Source of the DNA: a virus
Direction: 5' to 3' (one strand)
Length of the DNA: 64,000 nt
IMG/VR virus record: IMGVR_UViG_3300005098_000013
Location: 14,082-78,081 of that record
The notes below the pieces were generated by a model that was not told where the DNA came from, did no database searches, and was given only the letters and a program-made list of their open reading frames with translations. Of this stretch, positions 49,421 through 58,186 are shown piece after piece (positions within the stretch are counted from its first letter, which is position 1; every line of letters begins with the position of its first letter). The position numbers and the translations under genes were made by a program.

Positions 49421-49981
49421 TTACTCATCTCCTAGAGGATCTTTATGCCCAAACCACTCTTGCCTCAACTTCTGCTCTTCCGTGAGTTCGCTGCTTCCAG
49501 AAGCTGACAACTTAACCTTTGCTTCTGCTTTCACTTCTGCATCTACTTTCTCGAGACGTTCAGCATCAGAAAGCAAGATCTTCAACTGTGTCTCGTCAAG
49601 TTTCTTAAAGTCTTCGACTGCTATGCTTTTGTCCTTTTCTTCTATGAGACCTTTCTTTGCTCTTAGCTCAACTATCTGTGTTGCTAAGTCCTCTCGTCTG
49701 CTTAACATCATTTGGTTTACTTTTTCCCGCAATGACCGATTCTCAGCAGAAAGCGTTTCCATCTTCTTATTTACATCTTCTTTCGGCTTATCCATATCCT
49801 CCTCCTTCTTTTCGCCCTTGTTTTCGGTGTCGCCCTTGTTTTCAGCACTTGCCGGTGCACCTTCCTTATAACCTTTTGGCGCCAACACAATATACTCAAT
49901 CTCAGAACCATCGATTTTGAGCGGCTTGTCCTTAGCACTTGGCGGCATAGGATAAGATTCTTCTACTTCTGTTTCTGTCAT
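49421..49981 (-). CDS. capsid scaffolding protein
   Basis: Charged coiled coil between protease and capsid genes. Confidence 0.65.
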   Translation of the reverse strand: MTETEVEESYPMPPSAKDKPLKIDGSEIEYIVLAPKGYKEGAPASAENKGDTENKGEKKEEDMDKPKEDVNKKMETLSAENRSLREKVNQMMLSRREDLATQIVELRAKKGLIEEKDKSIAVEDFKKLDETQLKILLSDAERLEKVDAEVKAEAKVKLSASGSSELTEEQKLRQEWFGHKDPLGDE

Positions 49982-50027
49982 TTTGCTTCACTAATTCATA
50001 GGATTTAAGTACTACCCACTTTAAGCT

Positions 50028-50192
50028 TTAATCCGTCTCGAACCCATGATTTTCGTAGAACTCCTCGAGTGCTTGCCTAATTACATTAGACCGAGATTCT
50101 GGTTCATGCCATATTGGGTCGAAATGAGTCTTGCAATATCTTGCTATCTTCTCTACTTCTTCTTCCAACATATAAATGCAACAACGTGCCAC
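50028..50192 (-). CDS. ribbon-helix-helix protein, 54 aa, not in ORF track
   Basis: Hand translation from GTG: MARCCIYMLEEEVEKI...SRSNVIRQALEEFYENHGFETD. Confidence 0.55.
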   Translation of the reverse strand: MARCCIYMLEEEVEKIARYCKTHFDPIWHEPESRSNVIRQALEEFYENHGFETD

Positions 50193-50273
50193 TTCAATCT
50201 TCTCCTACATTATACTAAAATAATACTTTAACCACTCTTCTTCTACATCTTCTGCAATAATCATTTTCCTAAC

Positions 50274-53200
50274 CTAAGCTGCTGGCTTTTCTATTATACA
50301 CTCTGCACATGCTGGTGCTTCCGTTAGGGTAAGCTCCACATACTCTTTAATCTGTTTCACTACCTTCTTGGTTCTGTCTACATTAAGCAGCGCATCTATA
50401 GAGTAACCCTTTGCTTTTTTCTTTGCGAATTCAATGCCTTCAGGATCTGTAATTAGCGAGACCACTTCTATATTATCACCGTTTAAGGTTACTTTAGTCG
50501 GCTTTCCAACTTCCTTTTCGCGTATGTGTTCTATGCAGACTGGAATATCCATGATTCTTTCAGGCCTGTCCCTGACTACTTCAGGCGGAAAGTACCAATT
50601 GTTCCAAACACCGGAGCTAAGAGCAATGCCTGGCACTTCAAGACCTTCTTCGGTTTCTTTGAACGGTGAAGAGAATGGGATAAAAGACATTTGGACAAAT
50701 TCTTCTTCAGATTCTGTAGAAGGCACCTCTTCAGAACGTTCAAAATTCCACACTCCTTGTGGTGTAGAACGCTTCATAATCCACATGCCTTTGAGACCAG
50801 AAGCAAAGTTGAATTTCTTGAAAAGCTTATCATCCTGAAGTATATTTACTTTGCCCTTCACATGTGTGATAAGAAAAGCAGGTGTGTTTGGTTTTTCATT
50901 TTCAGGTGTGCCTGGTTTTAATTCGACCTCTTTCTTGAATTCCTTCCAGAATTGCGGGCGCAACACGTTTGTTTCTTCACGAGCGTTCATAGATGATTCT
51001 TTTAGCGGGTCTTTATCTAGCCTGAATTGCATCTTTCCAATCTTCAAGTCATACTCTTCATAAGTCGGGCCTTCACGAACTATATAAGGGCCTCGATACC
51101 ACCTGTGCTGAATTATGAAATCCTCAGCAGCCTCTTGCACTTCCTTTTGAGTAAGCAAATCTATTTCTCTTTCAGAAAGTTTACTCTTAATTTCATTCCA
51201 AAGCTTTTCGTACGTTTCAGACTTCTCTTCTGATACACTATATACCATCTTGCCTGCTTGGATACGCCTTGCAATTTCCTTGTATATCTTGACTGCAACC
51301 CCTTCAATTTCTTCTTTTGTGTACTTAATACTTTTGTGTGGATCTAAAGCAGTAGCATACCAGCCTACTGAAATTCTTGCATCGTCCATAAGTTGTTGAT
51401 TAGTCATGTGTTCTGGATCATATGTGCTTATATCTTTGATAAGCTCAAGCCTCTTTTCCTTGAAATACTCAATGAGCTCTGCTCTTTTTTCCTGTGCAGC
51501 ATCACCGCTTGATTCCCAGAACCTTAACTCCTGTGGCACCTTATTTTTGATTTTTTTAGGTAAAGCCGAAATTCCGTGAGGTGGTAGCCAACCAGTTCGT
51601 CGAGCTCTTGCAGAAAGAACATAAGGGGTTTGATCTTCAGGCTTTGAGAAGAACCAAATGAATGCTGGACGCTTATTATATGGATTAGGAATGAGAGTTG
51701 CTACAAAACGGCCTTTGTATTTACGACCATGCAAGAAATATTCTGCCATGTGTGATTTCTTAGAGCCGTGCTCAACTCTGCCTTTGTCATCGATTACAAA
51801 CACACCTTCTTTTTCCTTAGTCGCACCGACTTGTCCTTTAGGCACCGTGCCTTCAACTGTTAACCAAGGTTTGGGTTCAGGTGCTTTTTTTATGGCTTGA
51901 ACTTTGAAAAACTCATCATCCGTTTTCCACTTCGACGCGCGAACTACTTTTTTAGCTTCTGACAGGCTGTCGACATCCTCCTTGATCTCACCTTCTATTT
52001 GGTTCAGGAGAGTGAAGCCTTCGAGATGATCGTTTGCTTCCACACGAAAGTCTACATGAACTGACTTGCCTCTGAAGTGGTACTGGACCACGAAGTTATA
52101 AGTCTTCTCTTCAGACGGATACCGAGCCAACATCAGAGGTAACTTTTCACCTTCGGAAAGCTCAATGGAAGACAGGCCCTGTGATTCTTTTATTTCATCT
52201 AAAGTTTCCTGGCGCTGAAATTCCTCTTGGAGATCTTGCATTGATTCAACTTGCTTAAAACTTACATCCTTGAGAGAGTCGAGCATTTCATGAAAGTCTG
52301 TATTTATCAAAAAAGCTCTGCTATAAAGAACTACTTCCTTGATATTGTATTTCTTAGCTGACTCTTCAATAAGCACTTGCCATTCTGCCAAATTCATGTC
52401 GAAGAAATCATAGTTCTCAACTTCTACCCAACTTGGTACCAGTCCGTATTTTCTTGAGAGCACTACATAGGGAATGTTGTGAGCCTCACAAAAACTGATA
52501 AAGTTGTGAATCGGCTTTGAAGGAGACCAAAGTTGTTTTGGTGTGCCGCTACGGATTTCCTTGTTCTTTGGCGCAGCACACATAATAGCTGCAAACTTGC
52601 CTGCGGCCAACTTCTTCTCCTCAAGCAGATCTGACTTCTCTGCAATGTCTAATGCTTCTTTAGTTGTATCTGGGAAACGCTGTTGCGGGCGAAGCTCATA
52701 GAATCTGGGTTCGTAAATCCTAATTCTGTCACCTTTTTCACTATGATACCAAAAAAGAGTGTGGAAGATTACTGTAACAATATCACCCGGATTGCAAAGC
52801 GTTGCAGTATTGAACGTCTTGCCTATGTAGACATAATTGGCATCTTTGACCTTGCAGAGGTCTGCTTCCTGGGGTTGAAAGTCTGAAGTTGCTTTAAGGC
52901 CAACTTCATATACATACACACCCTTTGTTGCCGTTTCGATACGCTTAAGCACTGCAACGTGCAATTCACTTACAACCTTGTACTTGGCCCATTCACTGGT
53001 CATACCCGTGAGTGGATAAGTGGAACTCATTAGTTTGACCATTGAGCCTTCTGACCCTTCAAGCTTAGACACTCTTTCCACTTCTTTCCTGATTTCAGAT
53101 TCAGTTGTGGCAGTGTGTGAGACAAGACGGTTGAAGTGCGAAATGCTAGGTTTCGGTAATTCATCTTTGGCTTGTCCCAAGTCTATTAAATCTAAATATT

Positions 53201-53876
53201 GATGCCTGACGCGAAGTTCTTCGTTATGAAGATCGCCAATCTCGGTGTCTAAGTTATGCTTTTCTAATTTAGGGTCGCTAAAGTAAAGAATATCAAACAC
53301 ATTTGCCACAATATGTGAATCGTTCGGCTTGTCTTTCTTATTGACATAGCCTGAAACCGTTTCGCGGCCTTGATGAATTCCGTTTTCATAGCCTTCTGTT
53401 TCACTGTCTAGCAGGAACGTTTCAACCGGGATTTTTTTGAGCTGATCAACAGCTTTTGGAAACCTACTAGTTCTGTCTTCACCAGATTCTAGGAAGACCT
53501 TTATCTTGTCTTTATGCTTCCACCATAATACTCTAAGGCCATCAGCTTTTCGTTCAACTGAAACTGGACAAATAGTGCCTTTGCATGCATGTTTTATTAT
53601 ATCTAATAGGTCAGGAATGTTGTACGCTTCGTTCTGCCGGTAGCCCTTAACACCTTTAAGAGCTTGGATAGTTTGCAATGGTTTTATAGCTTTAAACGTT
53701 TCGTTCTCTTCCAAAATAAGCTGCTTTATTTCAACCCAGTCTGCTTGCGTTCCAACTGAAGGCTTTTCGATTTGCTCTTCTACAAGCTGAAGTATGTCAT
53801 CTGACTTACTTAACGTACTGGCTACTTCTGGCTTAAACCTAATACCAGCTTCCTTCAACTTGTCTTCCAAAACCAT
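50274..53876 (-). CDS. multidomain protein: ATP-dependent ligase + DUF6884-like + LigD phosphoesterase-like x2 + prohead protease
   Basis: Ligase KADG, LDSE, VFDIL, EGSMVK, WAKYK; LSRKYGLV; FVVQYH..HVDFR; protease IEH, GYSID, ELTLTEAPA. Confidence 0.85.
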   Translation of the reverse strand: MVLEDKLKEAGIRFKPEVASTLSKSDDILQLVEEQIEKPSVGTQADWVEIKQLILEENETFKAIKPLQTIQALKGVKGYRQNEAYNIPDLLDIIKHACKGTICPVSVERKADGLRVLWWKHKDKIKVFLESGEDRTSRFPKAVDQLKKIPVETFLLDSETEGYENGIHQGRETVSGYVNKKDKPNDSHIVANVFDILYFSDPKLEKHNLDTEIGDLHNEELRVRHQYLDLIDLGQAKDELPKPSISHFNRLVSHTATTESEIRKEVERVSKLEGSEGSMVKLMSSTYPLTGMTSEWAKYKVVSELHVAVLKRIETATKGVYVYEVGLKATSDFQPQEADLCKVKDANYVYIGKTFNTATLCNPGDIVTVIFHTLFWYHSEKGDRIRIYEPRFYELRPQQRFPDTTKEALDIAEKSDLLEEKKLAAGKFAAIMCAAPKNKEIRSGTPKQLWSPSKPIHNFISFCEAHNIPYVVLSRKYGLVPSWVEVENYDFFDMNLAEWQVLIEESAKKYNIKEVVLYSRAFLINTDFHEMLDSLKDVSFKQVESMQDLQEEFQRQETLDEIKESQGLSSIELSEGEKLPLMLARYPSEEKTYNFVVQYHFRGKSVHVDFRVEANDHLEGFTLLNQIEGEIKEDVDSLSEAKKVVRASKWKTDDEFFKVQAIKKAPEPKPWLTVEGTVPKGQVGATKEKEGVFVIDDKGRVEHGSKKSHMAEYFLHGRKYKGRFVATLIPNPYNKRPAFIWFFSKPEDQTPYVLSARARRTGWLPPHGISALPKKIKNKVPQELRFWESSGDAAQEKRAELIEYFKEKRLELIKDISTYDPEHMTNQQLMDDARISVGWYATALDPHKSIKYTKEEIEGVAVKIYKEIARRIQAGKMVYSVSEEKSETYEKLWNEIKSKLSEREIDLLTQKEVQEAAEDFIIQHRWYRGPYIVREGPTYEEYDLKIGKMQFRLDKDPLKESSMNAREETNVLRPQFWKEFKKEVELKPGTPENEKPNTPAFLITHVKGKVNILQDDKLFKKFNFASGLKGMWIMKRSTPQGVWNFERSEEVPSTESEEEFVQMSFIPFSSPFKETEEGLEVPGIALSSGVWNNWYFPPEVVRDRPERIMDIPVCIEHIREKEVGKPTKVTLNGDNIEVVSLITDPEGIEFAKKKAKGYSIDALLNVDRTKKVVKQIKEYVELTLTEAPACAECIIEKPAA

Positions 53877-53887
53877 CCTCTTTTCAT

Positions 53888-54178
53888 TTACTCCTGCTGC
53901 TCGTTGGGTTGCTCTTCAGATTGTTTGCCGCTTTTCAGGCCACGTTTTTCCATCTCTGCCTTGACCTTATTATGTATCTCTTCCCACTCTTCCTTGCTAA
54001 ACACCTTTGCTTCGGGCATCTTTAGATACCTAAAACACATCAGGTTTGCAGCCTTGAGCTGATCGTCCTCGAACTTACTAAAGTCCGCATCTTTGAGCTC
54101 TTCTACTTTAAACAGCGCAGCCTCTTCTTCCACTCTACTATACTTAATACCATGCTTTTTCAGTTCCTCTTCTATCAT
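53888..54178 (-). CDS. small helical-module protein
   Basis: FSKEEWEEIHNKVKAEMEKRG resembles segments of both neighbouring proteins. Confidence 0.65.
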   Translation of the reverse strand: MIEEELKKHGIKYSRVEEEAALFKVEELKDADFSKFEDDQLKAANLMCFRYLKMPEAKVFSKEEWEEIHNKVKAEMEKRGLKSGKQSEEQPNEQQE

Positions 54179-54197
54179 TTTACCTCACCTCCTTTTA

Positions 54198-55751
54198 TTA
54201 AATCGCCTCCGATAATTTTTGTAATGTAGGCGAATCATCACGTTGTTCAATACTTAAGCCTTCCGTAATTCTCCTTACATCCTCTTCTGTGGCTGTTTTC
54301 TCGCGAAGAGGTAACCAAATTTCTTTGAGAATAAATGCTTGTTTCTCTTCTAGTGAACTTAGTGATTTGAAGGCGTCGACCAGAGCTTGTTTCTTCTTGA
54401 TGAGTTCTGGCGTATCTGTTTCCTTAGGAATCACTTGTCCTTCTTTAAGTTTTATTGGCTTCTCATCAGGATCTTCTGGTAAGTAGAGCTGGCCGTAGAT
54501 GCTGCTCCAAATATAGCTCATGCTGTCTACTGAATTGAAGCCGTAAAGATTTAGATATTTAAAAACATGAGGGTTTTCGACTCCTAAAGCATGGATTTCG
54601 ATTCCTTGATCTTTTATTTCGTCTAAGATGCCTAATTCTTGAAGCCGCTGCATTGCAAAGACACGTTGCGGTAAACCTCGTGAAGGGTAACCTGCGACTT
54701 GAATACTCTTCCGTCCTATGCCTATAATATCTGGGTTGAGCTTGATAATTTCTCGAATGCAAGCCTCGAACTTGAACGCCGATTGCCCCTGGCCAATCCC
54801 CATAACCTTGCATTCTGGCTTCATATTCAGAAACTCTCTCTGAGCCTTTATCGACTTCTTATCTGAGTCTATATCATACAAGAAATCCGGTGCACATACC
54901 ACATCTGCCTCTACTAGTTTGGAAGCTTCCAGTAGCTGAGATGGCGTTAGCGTTTTGTCGCTGAATGCGCCATTGTCCAGCATTACTCTTATACCAGAAG
55001 CTTTCCAAGCTTTAGCATTTTGAATCTGCTTAGTACTGAGATTGTAAGCGTTGAGCATGACGCCGTCGCAGTAGTCTAAAAGTGGCTCTTGTGCACCTAC
55101 CAGATACAAGTGGAGTTTGTGTGATTGCTCAACTCTTTCTAACGGAAGAATGGGCTGGCATTCCAAAGTTAAAGCAGGCACATGAGAAGTAACTGGACCA
55201 CTTTGAGTAAATTCCGGATTGTCATATAAGAAGTGGATGCGATCCTGAAGCTCTGGAGGAAAGAGTCTGAAAACACGGAAAGCTGTAACCCTGGCGACTG
55301 GATCGTTTTCGCTTGCTTTTATGAGTATGTCTATATCGCCTGTCGTACTGCCATGATTCACTATGCCACCAGTTAGATAGACAAAAGGATGTGCGAGTTT
55401 GACTGGTTTGATATATTGAAGTACATCATCTAAAAAAAGCATTTCCCCGTTCTCATTGTGCTGGGCTGGTTGACCATAGTCTGCACTAAGTTTGGTTGTA
55501 TCTAAGTCATCTATGTTTTGTGGGCGAATGCCTTCTTTTGCCATCGCTTCCAGAAGAAGCTGATAAAGATTCCATATGTCTTCTTTACTCCAAGATTCTC
55601 CATGCTCGATGAAGCTGCCGGTACGCTTTTCAATATGCCATGCTAAATGGAGCCATGCATATACTTCTTGGAGTTCTTCTTTAGAAAGAGAGGAAACGTC
55701 TAAGTCTTTGCTAACTCGAAGTGCCCCTTCCAATGTAAGATCCGAGCTCAT
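54198..55751 (-). CDS. Pol beta-type nucleotidyltransferase fused to TGT/DpdA-like barrel
   Basis: YLTGGIVNHGSTTGDIDIL; VMLDNGAFS, APD, MGIGQG, IHALG, SVDS. Confidence 0.75.
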   Translation of the reverse strand: MSSDLTLEGALRVSKDLDVSSLSKEELQEVYAWLHLAWHIEKRTGSFIEHGESWSKEDIWNLYQLLLEAMAKEGIRPQNIDDLDTTKLSADYGQPAQHNENGEMLFLDDVLQYIKPVKLAHPFVYLTGGIVNHGSTTGDIDILIKASENDPVARVTAFRVFRLFPPELQDRIHFLYDNPEFTQSGPVTSHVPALTLECQPILPLERVEQSHKLHLYLVGAQEPLLDYCDGVMLNAYNLSTKQIQNAKAWKASGIRVMLDNGAFSDKTLTPSQLLEASKLVEADVVCAPDFLYDIDSDKKSIKAQREFLNMKPECKVMGIGQGQSAFKFEACIREIIKLNPDIIGIGRKSIQVAGYPSRGLPQRVFAMQRLQELGILDEIKDQGIEIHALGVENPHVFKYLNLYGFNSVDSMSYIWSSIYGQLYLPEDPDEKPIKLKEGQVIPKETDTPELIKKKQALVDAFKSLSSLEEKQAFILKEIWLPLREKTATEEDVRRITEGLSIEQRDDSPTLQKLSEAI

Positions 55752-57007
55752 TTTAAGCTTACCTCCATCTCATCTCCACCTGTGCTAGAAGCTGGCTTGT
55801 ATTCGTCTAACCTCCGTTGTCTTCTTGGAGACCTGGAAAGTGATGCAGGAGTTTCAGTGCCCATCAGCATTGTATCTAAGTCCAGAAGATCATATGCAAT
55901 ACGTCGGTCTATGATTTTGTTTTTATAGAGCTCATTAATCGGTGCTGCTATGTCTATGAAATCTTGTATGCTTACAGGTTTCCAAGTGTGCTTGATTCTT
56001 ACCCTATCTGATAAGCCCATCTGAGCTACAATAGGTGCGTAGAGCTGGCGTTCAATTTCCCTCTTAAGCGTTCGTTGTATTCGAAGAATTGCACCCTCGC
56101 GTAGAGCCTTCAAAGAGTACTCTAAGGATGCACGGTTCAAGCTCCGTTCTCTTCCCATCAAAGGCTTCGGGATTCCAAAATTCCCAAGTATTTCCTCATC
56201 TACATTCTGCCTTGTTAACATCAAGGATTGCAAATCTGGTGTCATATGCACCACTTGAAACTCTATGCTTTTGTTTGTGACCAAAGACACACCTGGTTCG
56301 ATGGCATCTTTAATCTCATTCAACTTAGCCTCCTCTTCTGCTTCTGTCATCATAGAAGTGTCGACCTGAGCTATGACAAACGGTGCCCACATACGCATTG
56401 CAGCCGCAAGCACGTCTTCGTCCAGTTCCATCTTTTGTTTAATTGCGGATACAATTGGCTGTATCATGGAGAGGCCTCTAGGATCGCCTTCTAACCTGTC
56501 GTTGCCTACAAAGAAGATGTCATCTGGTTTCAGAGGGTTCTCTTCGTCGTTGTTGTAGATGTAAGAGTCTAGATTCCAGTTTTCATCGAGAACTGGTTCG
56601 AGCAATGCCGATTGCAGAGGGTTTAACTTAACTGGTTCCTTCTTGGCCTTGACGATTTCAAAGCCTGCAAAGCCAAAGATTTCACGTTTAATCTCTGCAA
56701 TGTATACGACTTCGTCCAGATTGACTTTGCGATTCACCTCATCTACTTTCTTCTTGACATCCAGAAACTCTTCCGGGTCGCTATCGTCAAGGACTTCCAC
56801 CTCTGTAAAGAAGCCTCTGCTAGTAGCGAACGATGCCCGCAAGTTAACGCATTGTCTAACAAGAGAAATGGTCTTGTAATATTTGAGATAGTCACTTAAA
56901 GTACTTGAAGAATAGAGACTGCCAGTCTCCCATTCACTCCGCTTCACTTTGGGCTTGGCTTTCGAAATCCTATACAACTTCAACCTCAGGTCTTCTAATA
57001 GTGCCAT
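55748..57007 (-). CDS. portal protein
   Basis: IFGFAGFEI, PRGLSMI, FGIPKPLMG; position. Confidence 0.88.
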   Translation of the reverse strand: MALLEDLRLKLYRISKAKPKVKRSEWETGSLYSSSTLSDYLKYYKTISLVRQCVNLRASFATSRGFFTEVEVLDDSDPEEFLDVKKKVDEVNRKVNLDEVVYIAEIKREIFGFAGFEIVKAKKEPVKLNPLQSALLEPVLDENWNLDSYIYNNDEENPLKPDDIFFVGNDRLEGDPRGLSMIQPIVSAIKQKMELDEDVLAAAMRMWAPFVIAQVDTSMMTEAEEEAKLNEIKDAIEPGVSLVTNKSIEFQVVHMTPDLQSLMLTRQNVDEEILGNFGIPKPLMGRERSLNRASLEYSLKALREGAILRIQRTLKREIERQLYAPIVAQMGLSDRVRIKHTWKPVSIQDFIDIAAPINELYKNKIIDRRIAYDLLDLDTMLMGTETPASLSRSPRRQRRLDEYKPASSTGGDEMEVSLK

Positions 57008-57168
57008 CTTTGTTCTGGTTTTAGTTTTTCCAAGCTCTTGTATACTAACGCCTCTTTTTTATTTGTGGATGACGGCATGAGTCTGTGCGGTTACGTCCTC
57101 GTCCACCATTTTTCCAGCCGCGTTGAGACCCATCTTTCTTTCCATATCCACTTCTATTTGTCATTTTC

Positions 57169-57360
57169 TTATGCCTCCTCAAATAAACCTTCTTTCGTTA
57201 ACGCCCGCAATGCTAAATTGATCACTGCTATCGCACTTGCCTGCTCTTCTGGTGCTATTACAAACCCATACTCCAACTGTGCTATCAATGCGATGAGTGC
57301 TATCAAATTCACCCACAACGTTTTGCTTCTTACTACTTTCTGCCATTTTATTCTCTTCAT
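57169..57360 (-). CDS. holin-like membrane protein
   Basis: SKTLWVN..., two short hydrophobic helices, INLALRALT. Confidence 0.6.
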   Translation of the reverse strand: MKRIKWQKVVRSKTLWVNLIALIALIAQLEYGFVIAPEEQASAIAVINLALRALTKEGLFEEA

Positions 57361-57390
57361 TTTCTTTCTTTTCTTCTCCTTTTACTTAAT

Positions 57391-57867
57391 TCACACTTGA
57401 ATGAAGTCAGGCTTATAATCACTTTTATGCCAACCACTTGTGTCATCATTCTGCGGCTCGATTATCTTTATGCTACCATCACAGAAGCTAAGATTGAACG
57501 CGTGGTAACCCATTGGAGTGTAGCCTTCACAATATGCATACATGAAGTTTTTCTTATGGGTTCTATTCAACTTAAGCATGCGACAGCGACTTTCACGTGC
57601 GAATTTATCACAATCCCATATGTCCTTAATGTATCGCATCTTATCAAGTGAATCGGTATTGAGCCATCTCAGCAGTTCACTGTAAGATATAATATCGAAA
57701 GACCCATCTGCAACTCTGATGTGTGCATCTGGATATGCTCCCCTCAGAATAGTTCTCAAGGTGCTGCCTTTTATAGGTGTTATATCACCAGGCAAAAATG
57801 CAAACGGCTTGCCTTCGCATAATTTGTGTAGAAGAGAGCATGCGTATTTCTTTAAATTAAACATCAT
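57391..57867 (-). CDS. papain/transglutaminase-like cysteine peptidase
   Basis: WDCDKFA, HAFN, IIEPQ triad pattern. Confidence 0.7.
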   Translation of the reverse strand: MMFNLKKYACSLLHKLCEGKPFAFLPGDITPIKGSTLRTILRGAYPDAHIRVADGSFDIISYSELLRWLNTDSLDKMRYIKDIWDCDKFARESRCRMLKLNRTHKKNFMYAYCEGYTPMGYHAFNLSFCDGSIKIIEPQNDDTSGWHKSDYKPDFIQV

Positions 57868-57892
57868 TCCCTTTACACTCCTCGTTGCATTC

Positions 57893-58186
57893 CTAGCCTC
57901 TGCTAACTAAATGAACCCAGAGATAGATGATGAAGCCTGAAACGATAGCCGCAATGCTAGTTAATAGTTTTGTAATGACGTTAAGCTTGCCTTTCATTAG
58001 CTGTTGCTTCTTCTCAAGTTCTTGTATCCGCTCGGTATGGTCCTTGAACGTTTCGGCGCCATGATTCAGTGCTTTGAGTATATGCTTTACGTCATTCCTG
58101 GTTTCAATAATTATTTCCAATGTTTTCTTGTCAAGTTCCATTTTAGTTACATGCCTCATAACAATCTGCTGCGTTTTGTGCGGCAC
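57893..58186 (-). CDS. XhlA-like coiled-coil membrane protein
   Basis: ERIQELE coiled coil plus C-terminal TM helix. Confidence 0.55.
   Translation of the reverse strand: MPHKTQQIVMRHVTKMELDKKTLEIIIETRNDVKHILKALNHGAETFKDHTERIQELEKKQQLMKGKLNVITKLLTSIAAIVSGFIIYLWVHLVSRG

Noticed and set aside
50046-50231. Plus-strand 61-aa ORF inside the head module
   Set aside because: The minus-strand frame 50028-50192 has an RHH signature and matches operon direction
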